The notes beneath the pieces are model-generated. The model saw only the letters and a program-made list of their open reading frames with translations, was not told the DNA's origin and made no database searches. A DNA stretch of 35,795 bases from IMG/VR virus record IMGVR_UViG_3300034127_000023, positions 1-35,795 of that record; one strand, given 5' to 3'. Shown here one piece after another: positions 17,813 to 26,748 of this stretch. Each line of letters starts with the position of its first letter. Position 1 is the stretch's first letter. This DNA comes from a virus (taxonomy: Duplodnaviria; Caudoviricetes). The position numbers were made by a program, and so were the translations under genes.

Positions 17813-17837
17813 ATCTATCCCTTTATTTTTATTATGC

Positions 17838-18512
17838 TTATTTTTTTAAAATTGACTTCATAAAGCTCATGGCTGAATCAATTGAATTCATAGGCTTATA
17901 AAAGTCATCAATCTCAGGCTTTGCTTCTTTAGCATTAGAAGTTAATGCCTTTGGTATGTCTTTCAATCCTTCTCCGTTCATTATCATTCTAGAGGCAATA
18001 TCATAATTTCTAGAAAAAATAGGAAAAGAACTCGCTTTAGATAGCGTATTAAGCTCATGAGAACCAGTCATAGACCAAGCATGATAAACAATTGGATGAC
18101 TCCAAGTTTTTTTATCTTCGTAAGGGTAAGAATTTTTACAGGCTTCAGAATAGGCATAATCAATGCTAGGAATTCCTAACTCTTCAAGTGTAGGACAACA
18201 CCATTTTTTAAACTCTCCAAGTTGAGGTGGATTAGGATAGGCGTAACTATCAAGCTTTTTTAACCCAAATTTTACTTGAGACAATAAAAAAATATTATTC
18301 GTTGTAAACGATCGATACCAAACTGTCTTCTCAGCTCGTAGGCGCGTTTTATCCTTAAAAAAAGAATCATAACCTCGACAATGCAAAGAAAATTGTGCAA
18401 AAACATAATCCACAAGCTGAACAGCTCTTGAGTCTAAAAGAAATCTATTTTCTTGTTTTTCTTTAGCAACAGAAAGATTAGCTATATTTAACAAATCAGA
18501 AGCCCTATTCAT
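17838..18512 (-). CDS. Replication protein P-like (helicase loader), likely start ATG 18512
   Basis: PNPPQLGEFKKWC, LGIPSIDYAYSEAC and WSHPIVYHA motifs of the lambda P family. AGGAG SD. Follows the initiator. Confidence 0.8.
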   Translation of the reverse strand: MNRASDLLNIANLSVAKEKQENRFLLDSRAVQLVDYVFAQFSLHCRGYDSFFKDKTRLRAEKTVWYRSFTTNNIFLLSQVKFGLKKLDSYAYPNPPQLGEFKKWCCPTLEELGIPSIDYAYSEACKNSYPYEDKKTWSHPIVYHAWSMTGSHELNTLSKASSFPIFSRNYDIASRMIMNGEGLKDIPKALTSNAKEAKPEIDDFYKPMNSIDSAMSFMKSILKK

Positions 18513-19413
18513 AAAGCTCTCCTGAAAAATCAAAAGTTTTTCCTTCTGTTATTTCATCCCAAGTCTGATATCTCGTTTTCTCATAGTTTGAATCTTTCTT
18601 ATTCTCTAGCCATTCGCTTTTAAACGAAGTCCAACCACGCTCTACGGCCTCTTTAAAGGCCTCTATAGGATTAACCTTGCATTTTGATAACTCGTTGTTA
18701 ATGCCCTTCCATGCGGTTCTGGTAATGGCTGCTTTTTTGTTCTTCCTTACTTCAATCCAATCTTCAATCAATTCCTCATCCAGATTATGAGGATTATCTT
18801 CTAACAACTGAGAGAGAGATAAAACTTTTTTAGACACAGAAGAAGGCGAAGCCTTTGTTGTTTTTTTGTTCGAAGACAAGGCTTCATCAGATTTTTCTTT
18901 ATATATTTCTTTATATAAATTATTTCTTTTTATTTCTTTTATATTTATGTCCACCTGGGTAGGTGGGGGGTCACACCTATCTAGGTGGGGGGTACCACCC
19001 GGATAGGTGGGGGGTATAGAAACACATGGCGGAGGGTCGGATTTGTATTCTAATTCCTCATTTAGATCTTCATGCATCCATGGATGATCGTAAAATTGAA
19101 AATGATTCACGCCGCCTTTAACTGGTTGGTAAGTTCCAATTAATTCACAATCTCTAAGCTCTTTTAAAAATCGTTCAACAGGGCTTCTGCTCATGCCTAA
19201 CTCTTTACATAAATTATCTACAGAACGATAAACCTGCCCTTTAGAATTGCTCCATTGTGAAAGCCGTCCATAAAGTAGTTTTGCGCCATAAGTTAGAAAT
19301 TGCGTAGGAACCTGAATCAACCAACAGGGAATATAAACAGCAGGTGAATGAGCTTTAGGATTGTAATTTTTTTTGATTAAAGAAGATGAGTTGTTTTCTT
19401 TTAGAGTATTCAT
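18505..19413 (-). CDS. Replication initiator (lambda O analogue, N-terminal wHTH), likely start ATG 19413
   Basis: LTYGAKLLYGRL...SVDNLCKELGMSRSPVERFLKELRDCELI, internal iterons, C-terminal DWIEVRKNKKA...ERGWTSFKSEW. Confidence 0.85.
   Translation of the reverse strand: MNTLKENNSSSLIKKNYNPKAHSPAVYIPCWLIQVPTQFLTYGAKLLYGRLSQWSNSKGQVYRSVDNLCKELGMSRSPVERFLKELRDCELIGTYQPVKGGVNHFQFYDHPWMHEDLNEELEYKSDPPPCVSIPPTYPGGTPHLDRCDPPPTQVDINIKEIKRNNLYKEIYKEKSDEALSSNKKTTKASPSSVSKKVLSLSQLLEDNPHNLDEELIEDWIEVRKNKKAAITRTAWKGINNELSKCKVNPIEAFKEAVERGWTSFKSEWLENKKDSNYEKTRYQTWDEITEGKTFDFSGELYE
18890..19037. repeat. Putative replication origin: three 22-bp iterons plus a degenerate fourth, next to an AT-rich tract
   Basis: CACC-N4-TAGGTGGGGGGT starting at 18952, 18974 and 18996. 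AT-rich 18890-18948. Lies inside the initiator gene as in lambdoid phages. Confidence 0.8.
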
Positions 19414-19645
19414 GTTATAATTTTCCTGCATGTTATAACACTTCAAAATGAAGTGCGTAAAAAGTTGTAATTTTTTATTTGATGGAACTAGTAGATATTT
19501 ATTACAACCTAAAAGTGAATGGTTTCCGTCTAAAGTTACATTCACACCTGGTTTAAATGGCAAAAGGCAGGAAGCCTGCAAGCCGCTAAACTTTTACAAT
19601 CTTACTACAAAATAAAAACATTAAAATCTAAAACCTTTAAAAAGC

Positions 19646-19909
19646 TCATAAGTCATACTCCTGTTTAATCTTATTGATTTTCCGCTTTGCCATTTCTTTT
19701 AATTTTTGTTGCTGAATTCTTCCCTCCGTTTCAAAATAATTGTCCGCCTTAAGTCTTCCTTGAGTATAATGTTCTAATTTAATTTGTTGAGAGTAAGGAA
19801 TTTTTCTGTTTTTCTTCCAAACAGAAACGCATTGCTTGGATACATTTAGAGCCACAGCCAAACGATAACCAACCCCGTCAAACTCATTTAAAGCCTCTTC
19901 AAGCGTCAT
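19646..19909 (-). CDS. Cro-like HTH regulator, 87 aa
   Basis: RLAVALNVSKQCVSVW...IPYSQQIKLEHYTQGRLKAD. Confidence 0.8.
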   Translation of the reverse strand: MTLEEALNEFDGVGYRLAVALNVSKQCVSVWKKNRKIPYSQQIKLEHYTQGRLKADNYFETEGRIQQQKLKEMAKRKINKIKQEYDL

Positions 19910-19980
19910 TTGATCCTCTTTTAATTTTTAAAAAAATTTATTTATAACAATGACTATAATCAATCAATAACACACATTAT

Positions 19981-20021
19981 ACGTAAAAAAATATTGACCG
20001 CAAGAATTATTAACGTATAAT
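19981..20021 (+). promoter_or_regulatory. Early promoter for the recombination operon
   Basis: TTGACC(19994)-16 nt-TATAAT(20016), with ACGT boxes at 19981 and 20013. Confidence 0.7.
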
Positions 20022-20051
20022 TATATTAACTGTTTTTATAGGGAAGTTTAA

Positions 20052-20306
20052 ATGGTGGAAATTTCATGGTTGCAATTTAATTTTTTGATGTGTGGATTTA
20101 TTGGTGGACTATGTGGAGTCTTTATATCATTAATCGCATCAAAAAAATTATTAGAAAGATATTATATACGTAATCTAAGAATTAAAGATTGCACATTACA
20201 ATATATATTAAAATATTCAAAAGAAATAATGGATTTAAATAAAATAATATCTAATATTCAGCATGAAATTCATATTATGAATGACAAAAATAAAAGCGGA
20301 GATTAA
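20052..20306 (+). CDS. Hypothetical protein with N-terminal TM helix, 84 aa
   Basis: FLMCGFIGGLCGVFISLIA followed by a coiled coil. Confidence 0.6.
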   Translation: MVEISWLQFNFLMCGFIGGLCGVFISLIASKKLLERYYIRNLRIKDCTLQYILKYSKEIMDLNKIISNIQHEIHIMNDKNKSGD

Positions 20307-20312
20307 ACCTAT

Positions 20313-21134
20313 ATGAAAAGCTATCCAACAGGTATATATGATATTTCTAATGATGAATACCATAGCAGCAATGGAGTATCACGAAGCCAGTTAATGAGAT
20401 TAAATAAATCACCTCAACATTATTGGTATGAATATTTAAATCCTTTATACATTAAGCCAGAGCCTACAGAAGCAATGAAAATTGGATCTGCAACACATAA
20501 ATACATATTAGAAAAAAATAAATTTTATGACGAATATTTAATAATTCCTAAATTAGATAAAAGAATTGCTAAAAATAAAGAAATATACGCTAATTTAGCA
20601 TTATTAAATCCAGATAAAATATTGATACAAGAAGATGATTTTGAAGAAATATGCGCATATGAACATTCAATTAAAAATCATATTCAGGCATCACAATTAA
20701 TGATGCAATTAAATATAGAAAAGTCATTATATTGGACTGATAAGGAAACAGGGATTGACTGCAAAGTTCGTCCAGACGGATTCGATAACAATTTTGTCAT
20801 TGATTTAAAAACAACAGAAGACGCCTCAATTCATGCTTTTAAAATGTCATGTTTTAAATATGGATACTATTTACAGGCTGGGATGACTTTAGAAGCTTTT
20901 AGAAATGTAAAAGGAATGGATTTTGATGAGTTTTTAATAATTGTATTAGAAAAAAAGAAACCATATCCAGTTGCAGTTTATATAATGGATATAGACGCAA
21001 TTGAATATGGTGTAAAAGAATTTAAAAGATTATTAAAAAAACTTAAAGAATGCATGGACAAAAATGAATGGCCAGGTTATGAAACACAATATTTAACAGT
21101 GCCAGGTTTTACTAAGTTTGAGGAGAAAGAATGA
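20313..21134 (+). CDS. RecE/ExoVIII-like PD-(D/E)XK exonuclease (DUF3799-like)
   Basis: ISNDEYH..GVSRSQL, GSATHKYILE, CKVRPD, IDLKTT, YGYYLQAG, WPGY. Confidence 0.9.
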   Translation: MKSYPTGIYDISNDEYHSSNGVSRSQLMRLNKSPQHYWYEYLNPLYIKPEPTEAMKIGSATHKYILEKNKFYDEYLIIPKLDKRIAKNKEIYANLALLNPDKILIQEDDFEEICAYEHSIKNHIQASQLMMQLNIEKSLYWTDKETGIDCKVRPDGFDNNFVIDLKTTEDASIHAFKMSCFKYGYYLQAGMTLEAFRNVKGMDFDEFLIIVLEKKKPYPVAVYIMDIDAIEYGVKEFKRLLKKLKECMDKNEWPGYETQYLTVPGFTKFEEKE

Positions 21135-22111
21135 ACACAGAAATAATATCTACAATATCAAATTCATTAAATATATGGGAAGACAATGATAGCTTAATGG
21201 AGATAAAAGCATTATTTGCACCAAAATTAACGTCATTAGAATTTAAAATATTTGTCGAAATGGGAAAAGCCACTAATTTAAATCCATTTCTTAAAGAAAT
21301 ATGGGCTATAAAATATGATGAAAAAGGAAGCCCAAATATATTTATTGGACGAGATGGTTATAGAAAATGCGCACAACGACATCCAATGTATGATTATCAT
21401 TATTCAGAATCAATTTACAGTAATGATGATTTTAGCGTCATTAATGGTGAAATTTATCATAAATACGGAATGATAAACAGAGGCACATTATTAGGCGCTT
21501 ATTGTATTGTTAAAAGAAAAGATTCATCGCGTTATGTATATAACGTTTTAGATATAAAAGAATACGATACTAAAAAAAGTGTCTGGGCTGGAAAGCCTTC
21601 CACAATGATTAAAAAAGTTGCTGAAGCTCAAACACTAAAATTAGCTTTTCAAGAGCTATTCCAAGGCACATATAGTGAATATGAGAAATGGGAAGAAAAT
21701 GATATTTCCGACCACAAAGTAAGCATGACTATTGACAGCAAGCCAGTTTCTAGGGCAGTCTCTAAAGTGAATGAATTATTAAATAAAAAGGAAGTTAGTT
21801 ATGATAATATCATCGATCATGAAACAAATATTGAATTACAAGATATCCAGACTGAAATTAAAACAACAGACAGCGATGAATCCGATTCAATGGTCGAAAT
21901 TGGAAAGCAAAAGAATAAAGTTCTCGATCCAAATGCTTCAAATCCGATAACTCATGATTTGTTAGATGAAATATCAAAATTGTTGTCTGAAAAGCCATTT
22001 GACACAGATAGAATGTCAAAAGCAATGAATTATTTTGAAGTAAAAACAATAGAAGATATGAATATAGGGCAAGCAAAGCGATTTATTGAATTGATTAATA
22101 GAGCTGCTTAA
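21131..22111 (+). CDS. bet: Bet/RecT-family ssDNA annealing recombinase
   Basis: LNPFLKEIWAIKY, IGRDGYRKCA, GAYCIV, W...PSTMIKKVAEAQTLKLAF. Coupled to the exonuclease. Confidence 0.85.
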   Translation: MNTEIISTISNSLNIWEDNDSLMEIKALFAPKLTSLEFKIFVEMGKATNLNPFLKEIWAIKYDEKGSPNIFIGRDGYRKCAQRHPMYDYHYSESIYSNDDFSVINGEIYHKYGMINRGTLLGAYCIVKRKDSSRYVYNVLDIKEYDTKKSVWAGKPSTMIKKVAEAQTLKLAFQELFQGTYSEYEKWEENDISDHKVSMTIDSKPVSRAVSKVNELLNKKEVSYDNIIDHETNIELQDIQTEIKTTDSDESDSMVEIGKQKNKVLDPNASNPITHDLLDEISKLLSEKPFDTDRMSKAMNYFEVKTIEDMNIGQAKRFIELINRAA

Positions 22112-22120
22112 TTAACTATA

Positions 22121-22468
22121 CTATAAAGTAACATACCATTTTATAATTTTAATAGTATCATAAAATCCAAAGGTTACACATGCATAGTAGCCTTTGGAAT
22201 TCATAAGATTTATAAAATTTGATTGGTATGTGGTCAATTTTCCAGTCAATGTTTTTATTTCGATAAATAAACCAGAATAATTACTGATAGGATGAGCGAT
22301 AAATAAATCACTTACACCGGCTTTTACTCCCATTCGTTTCAATATTTTTCCATATGCTGGCGTACATTTTCGTTCATTAGGAATGTGAAACGTACATTTA
22401 TATATATCAGGATATTGAAGCTTAAGCCAGTCAATTACAGCTATTTGCTCAAAACTTTCTTTGGTCAT
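22121..22468 (-). CDS. VRR-NUC domain nuclease
   Basis: ESFEQ, FHIPNE, GVKAGVSDL, LFIEIK..GKLT..Q. Confidence 0.9.
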   Translation of the reverse strand: MTKESFEQIAVIDWLKLQYPDIYKCTFHIPNERKCTPAYGKILKRMGVKAGVSDLFIAHPISNYSGLFIEIKTLTGKLTTYQSNFINLMNSKGYYACVTFGFYDTIKIIKWYVTL

Positions 22469-22560
22469 CCTTGACCTTATTATTTTATAATCTATTTGTT
22501 GTTAATATGATTAAATGTTTTCAGTTAGTATTTTTTGCATAAGTCCAACTTAGCAATTAG

Positions 22561-23085
22561 TTACCAAGAGGCTCGCATTTCCCATCCTTTTAAAAATCGT
22601 TTGTCATTTGGATTTTTAAGCGTTAATTCATCATAAAACATTTTGCTTTGATCTCGAAGCTCATCATGAAGATAGCTTGCTGGTAAATTATTTGCTGTAT
22701 GTATTGTTCTAATACCTAATATTCCATCGACTAATAACCGTCTATATGAAATTGTATTAATGGCACGTTGAAATAATTTATGAGCTTCTAATGCACCCAT
22801 ATTTACACTCATATCAAAAACTTTTGTTGCAATTTCTAACGACTCAAATAAATCGTAATGGTATTTATCCCAAAAGTATTGTTTATAAATTGATTTTGCT
22901 TCGTCTATATCTAAACATAATATTTTGTACTGACAATTTTCTAGCGTCGTACAATAATTTATGTCTAAAAGAAATTTAGGCGTAATTCCAAAATGAGTTG
23001 GTCCGCCAGAATCTTTGGAATCATCTGAAAATCCGCCTTCATGATGAAGTACTACATTTACTGCATAATTAAATCGATCGTCCAT
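22561..23085 (-). CDS. Endolysin, glycoside hydrolase family 108 with C-terminal peptidoglycan-binding domain
   Basis: HEGGFSDDSKDSGGPTHFGIT, FDMSVNMG, VDGILG, FLKGWEMR. Confidence 0.9.
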   Translation of the reverse strand: MDDRFNYAVNVVLHHEGGFSDDSKDSGGPTHFGITPKFLLDINYCTTLENCQYKILCLDIDEAKSIYKQYFWDKYHYDLFESLEIATKVFDMSVNMGALEAHKLFQRAINTISYRRLLVDGILGIRTIHTANNLPASYLHDELRDQSKMFYDELTLKNPNDKRFLKGWEMRASW

Positions 23086-23261
23086 AATCCACTTTTTAGT
23101 GACAGAACGGCATAAAAGGAAGATATATGATATAAATAATCATAAAATAAAAAAGCCGTCCTGGCCATTTAAGTTTATGATTATGTAATTATTTTTACAA
23201 TAGAAAATAGATCTTTGTTTTATGTTAAAAAAGGTACAAAGAACAAAACCCTAAATTTTTA

Positions 23262-23969
23262 TTATTGATTATCGATTTGTTTTGCTAGATCAATAATTTT
23301 TTCTCTTATATCATTAGATATAGAAGTTGTAGCGCATTCTAAATCACGAAAATAATTGTCATCAGCCCAATGTATTTTATATAAATATCCATAATTTTTA
23401 TTACCTTCTTGTTCTATTACAGTTACTTTATTATTTACATCATAAGTAACTACATCTTTATCTATTTTTTCATATTCTTGCATAACTTTTAAGTTAGATT
23501 CTGTGTAAGAACATGTTCCAACTTGATTGTTAACAAAAAATTCTGATGCGCCACTCCATCCGTTGTTGTAAGTCCCTGAAGCTGCAAAACCGATTAATTT
23601 AGTTGCCAAATTAGCCGGTACAGGTTTAAATTTGTATGCCATATGAAGATTATTTAATTGATTTCTTAATCCAGTAAATAAAGGATTTGGATTTTTTTCC
23701 AATGAAATTGATTTCATTTTATCTATTGCAAATAATTCTGAAATTTTTGGATTTGGTTTTTGGTCTATATCACTTGTTTTAAAAACTCTATTATGTAAGT
23801 TTGGATCAGTTTGTAGTTCTTTAGGTAAATTTAATTCCTTAGAATGCACAAGAGTTACTGCGGAATCAACATTAAAGCCTTCTTTTATTAACTCTTCTTT
23901 AGCATCATAAGAATTGTTTGCATAGATATTCGTTGCTAACAAAGAACTTAAAATTATTACTTTTTTCAT
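23262..23969 (-). CDS. Secreted hypothetical protein (signal peptide), about 235 aa
   Basis: MKKVIILSSLLATNIYA signal peptide. Two Cys. Start abuts the upstream stop. Confidence 0.75.
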   Translation of the reverse strand: MKKVIILSSLLATNIYANNSYDAKEELIKEGFNVDSAVTLVHSKELNLPKELQTDPNLHNRVFKTSDIDQKPNPKISELFAIDKMKSISLEKNPNPLFTGLRNQLNNLHMAYKFKPVPANLATKLIGFAASGTYNNGWSGASEFFVNNQVGTCSYTESNLKVMQEYEKIDKDVVTYDVNNKVTVIEQEGNKNYGYLYKIHWADDNYFRDLECATTSISNDIREKIIDLAKQIDNQ

Positions 23970-23970
23970 A

Positions 23971-24360
23971 TTATTTATTCCATCCATCATATTCTGAGCA
24001 GTCTCTAGCGCCGGTTAATAATGTTGCTTTCACTTTGTTTTTTTCATAAACAATATGAGTTCCTAAAAGGGAATAATTTCCCATATCTGGATCTTCAACA
24101 ATGGTATGACCTAAAGCTATCTTGTCAGAATTAATCTTTGGAGCTGTAATGGTATGAGTGTAATAAGCGTCATGATCCATATTTCCGGCTGGATTATGAT
24201 TAGATCTTAATTCAGCCCAAAAAGGATGGTTTTTATACCAGGAGACTGTTTGATTAAGACCATTGCAATTAGCAATACTTCCATGAGTCAAGCTAAGTAA
24301 TCCTGCATGACTTGAAAAAGCTAAAAGTGTAAATGATATTCCCGTTACTATTTTTTTCAT
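23971..24360 (-). CDS. Secreted hypothetical protein (signal peptide), 129 aa
   Basis: MKKIVTGISFTLLAFSSHA signal peptide. His-rich. Two Cys near the ends of the mature chain. Confidence 0.75.
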   Translation of the reverse strand: MKKIVTGISFTLLAFSSHAGLLSLTHGSIANCNGLNQTVSWYKNHPFWAELRSNHNPAGNMDHDAYYTHTITAPKINSDKIALGHTIVEDPDMGNYSLLGTHIVYEKNKVKATLLTGARDCSEYDGWNK

Positions 24361-24488
24361 ATTATTTCCTTTTTCTGTACGGACGCACAGAATATCAAAA
24401 ACTATTTTACAATCAAGAAATGTTTTCTACTTTTTTATTTTTAATAAAAATATGTATAATGCATGTTCTTTTTACAAAGGGGTAATAA

Positions 24489-24905
24489 ATGAACAATGTT
24501 AAGCCTGCATTATCAACTTTTGATTTCTCAGATTTAGAAAAGTTTTTAAAAATAAATTCAAAATCTATCACGCCATATGTCAGTATAATAAAAACAAAAA
24601 ATATGCTATTTAATAAATGCTTTAAAGAAATTGCAAAGAATGAATTATTAAATAAAACTCATTGCAATTTATTTTTTTCCAGAAAAATGAATGCAATTGT
24701 ATTTGAGTTCTTAGATAAAAAATCTGAATTTTCATACAAGATAAATGAAAAATCAATTCAATTTTCATTAGGTGGATTTGTACAAACTTATGGTATTAAT
24801 ATTGAAGACATTAAAGGCAAATACATACCTAAATTAATAGATATTCCAAAAATTGGCAAAAGATGGGTGTTGTTTTTTGATGATAAAATTTCTTTAATTA
24901 AATAG
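24489..24905 (+). CDS. Hypothetical protein, 138 aa
   Basis: AAGGGG SD and upstream TATAAT. Confidence 0.65.
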   Translation: MNNVKPALSTFDFSDLEKFLKINSKSITPYVSIIKTKNMLFNKCFKEIAKNELLNKTHCNLFFSRKMNAIVFEFLDKKSEFSYKINEKSIQFSLGGFVQTYGINIEDIKGKYIPKLIDIPKIGKRWVLFFDDKISLIK

Positions 24906-24920
24906 ATTGGGAATTAACAA

Positions 24921-25214
24921 ATGGCAGAGCAAATAAAAAAGGAATGCACACTAAATATGTTTACTGAAACTATAGATTTATTTAATAAATATTTAAGTGA
25001 ATACACAGAAAATACTAATGATTATAATGTTACCGATATAATTCAATCTTATTTGGCAATGGTTAATGTTCATATTATAGCTAATCTAGCCATTACATTT
25101 AAAATGAATGAATCTAATTCAATGAATGACTTTATAAACAATTACTATAAGAAAGTTAAAGGAAATATAAAAGAGCATATTAGTAAATTGAATGAAATTC
25201 AAAAACAAAATTAA
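24921..25214 (+). CDS. Hypothetical protein, 97 aa
   Basis: ORF track. Co-oriented with the upstream gene. Confidence 0.6.
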   Translation: MAEQIKKECTLNMFTETIDLFNKYLSEYTENTNDYNVTDIIQSYLAMVNVHIIANLAITFKMNESNSMNDFINNYYKKVKGNIKEHISKLNEIQKQN

Positions 25215-25267
25215 ACACACAATAAAACACTATTTTAACATCTAATGACAACAAATAGGATTTACTA

Positions 25268-25441
25268 ATGGAAAACCTATATACGTTTAAACAATTTACA
25301 GATGAACAAAATCTTTTTACAGAAGGATCTTTACGAAACATGATATTCAAACGCCATGAAAATGGATTAGAAGAAAGTGGAGCAATAAAAAGATTTGGAA
25401 GAAAAATATTAATAGACAAAGAAAAGTTTTTTTATGGGTAA
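25268..25441 (+). CDS. Small excisionase/AlpA-like DNA-binding protein, 57 aa, not in ORF track; C-terminus possibly frameshifted
   Basis: MENLYTFKQF...FTEGSLRNMIFKRHENGL...AIKRFGRKILIDKEKFF. AGGA SD. Confidence 0.7.
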   Translation: MENLYTFKQFTDEQNLFTEGSLRNMIFKRHENGLEESGAIKRFGRKILIDKEKFFYG

Positions 25442-25474
25442 ATTCATTGCCTATTAAGAATTATTATCATAAAA

Positions 25475-26581
25475 CTAAATAACTTTATTTTTTAATGATA
25501 ATCTTTTTTTGGAATATTTTCGCTGTGAATCATAAAGTCTTTTTTTCTTACATGATTTGCAGTAACTAGGCTTAATTATTCCATAAATTCTTTTTACTTG
25601 AGTCGTCACTCCGCAATCAGAACAACATCTGTCTATAATAATATTTTTTGAAATATCTTTGTCCATTGTTCCATTATATTTTCTAGAAGCGATAGTTCCG
25701 CATGGTTGGCATCTTTTTTTTAATCCAGGATATGGATGCAAACCACTTTTGCAAGTTATTGGATTAGGTTTTTTTATTCCATATTTTTTATTATATTTTT
25801 CTATTGTTATTTCATGAACACCTAAAATAGATGCTATTTCTGCATTTGTTTTATATTCTTTCTTCAATTTTTTTATCTGTTCTTCATATTTATTCCCGCG
25901 AAGGCCATGTTTGATTTTTATTTCTTTAGGCAAAGAATTAATTATTTGATTATATTTTTTTTTATAATCAAAATTATTTTTTTTATAAGCATGAAGCATT
26001 GAAATTCCTGGTACATTTTTTTTATTTTTTCTGCAAATATCAGTGGGATGACATCTATTTTTTTCTGCTAATTCTAAAATTTTAAAATAATCAACATCTA
26101 AAAATACCTTTAAATGTTTTCTTGATGATATTCTGGCTTTGCATTCTTCAATTATAAATTTAGGTTTTTTTCTTTGTTTGGCTCTGTTTTTCATTATAAC
26201 TTTAAGTTTTTCGCGAGAAGGCGGCGTAAAAATTCCTTCTGCAACTAATTTTTTCCCATGCCTTATATTCATTTCTTTTGTAGATGTACAAGTAAGTCCA
26301 CAGCCCCAAGGAAGACCGTATTTTTCTTTATATTGGTCGGCATTAGTTCCATGAACAAGTAGATGAGCGCATAGTGATTTATAAGACTTCCCACATAACA
26401 AGCATAATAATTTATCAGAGTTAAGATAAGCCTCCATCTCTTCTCTCGTATTAAAAGGTTTTTCTACTGGAAAACCAGGCATTATTTTTCTACGAGATTT
26501 TAATTTCCATTCGTTTATTAGATCTTGCTTTTTTTTCATGCAAGACCCCATATGTCTTTTTCCTGTTATCTCGTAGCTCAT
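25475..26581 (-). CDS. Ros/MucR-domain protein fused to an HTH and Cys-rich modules, 368 aa
   Basis: DKLLCLLCGKSYKSLCAHLLVHGTNADQYKEKYGLP. TNAEIASILGVHEITI. CKSGLH..CQPC and CSDC..YCKSC. Confidence 0.75.
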   Translation of the reverse strand: MSYEITGKRHMGSCMKKKQDLINEWKLKSRRKIMPGFPVEKPFNTREEMEAYLNSDKLLCLLCGKSYKSLCAHLLVHGTNADQYKEKYGLPWGCGLTCTSTKEMNIRHGKKLVAEGIFTPPSREKLKVIMKNRAKQRKKPKFIIEECKARISSRKHLKVFLDVDYFKILELAEKNRCHPTDICRKNKKNVPGISMLHAYKKNNFDYKKKYNQIINSLPKEIKIKHGLRGNKYEEQIKKLKKEYKTNAEIASILGVHEITIEKYNKKYGIKKPNPITCKSGLHPYPGLKKRCQPCGTIASRKYNGTMDKDISKNIIIDRCCSDCGVTTQVKRIYGIIKPSYCKSCKKKRLYDSQRKYSKKRLSLKNKVI

Positions 26582-26748
26582 ATAATTTTCTTATTTGTCC
26601 TAAATAATTTTTTTCTGCATTGAATGGTTTTTCCTTTGCTTATTTTTAAATAGGATAAGATGCAATATTCATAATCTGTTATAGGTTCTATTCCAGAAAT
26701 GATTGTTGCCATTTGTTCTAGTCTTTTGCGATTTTCATATGAATTCAT
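26578..26748 (-). CDS. Small hypothetical protein, 56 aa
   Basis: MNSYENRKRLEQ... Stop overlaps the MucR-like start (ATGA). Confidence 0.45.
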   Translation of the reverse strand: MNSYENRKRLEQMATIISGIEPITDYEYCILSYLKISKGKTIQCRKKLFRTNKKII

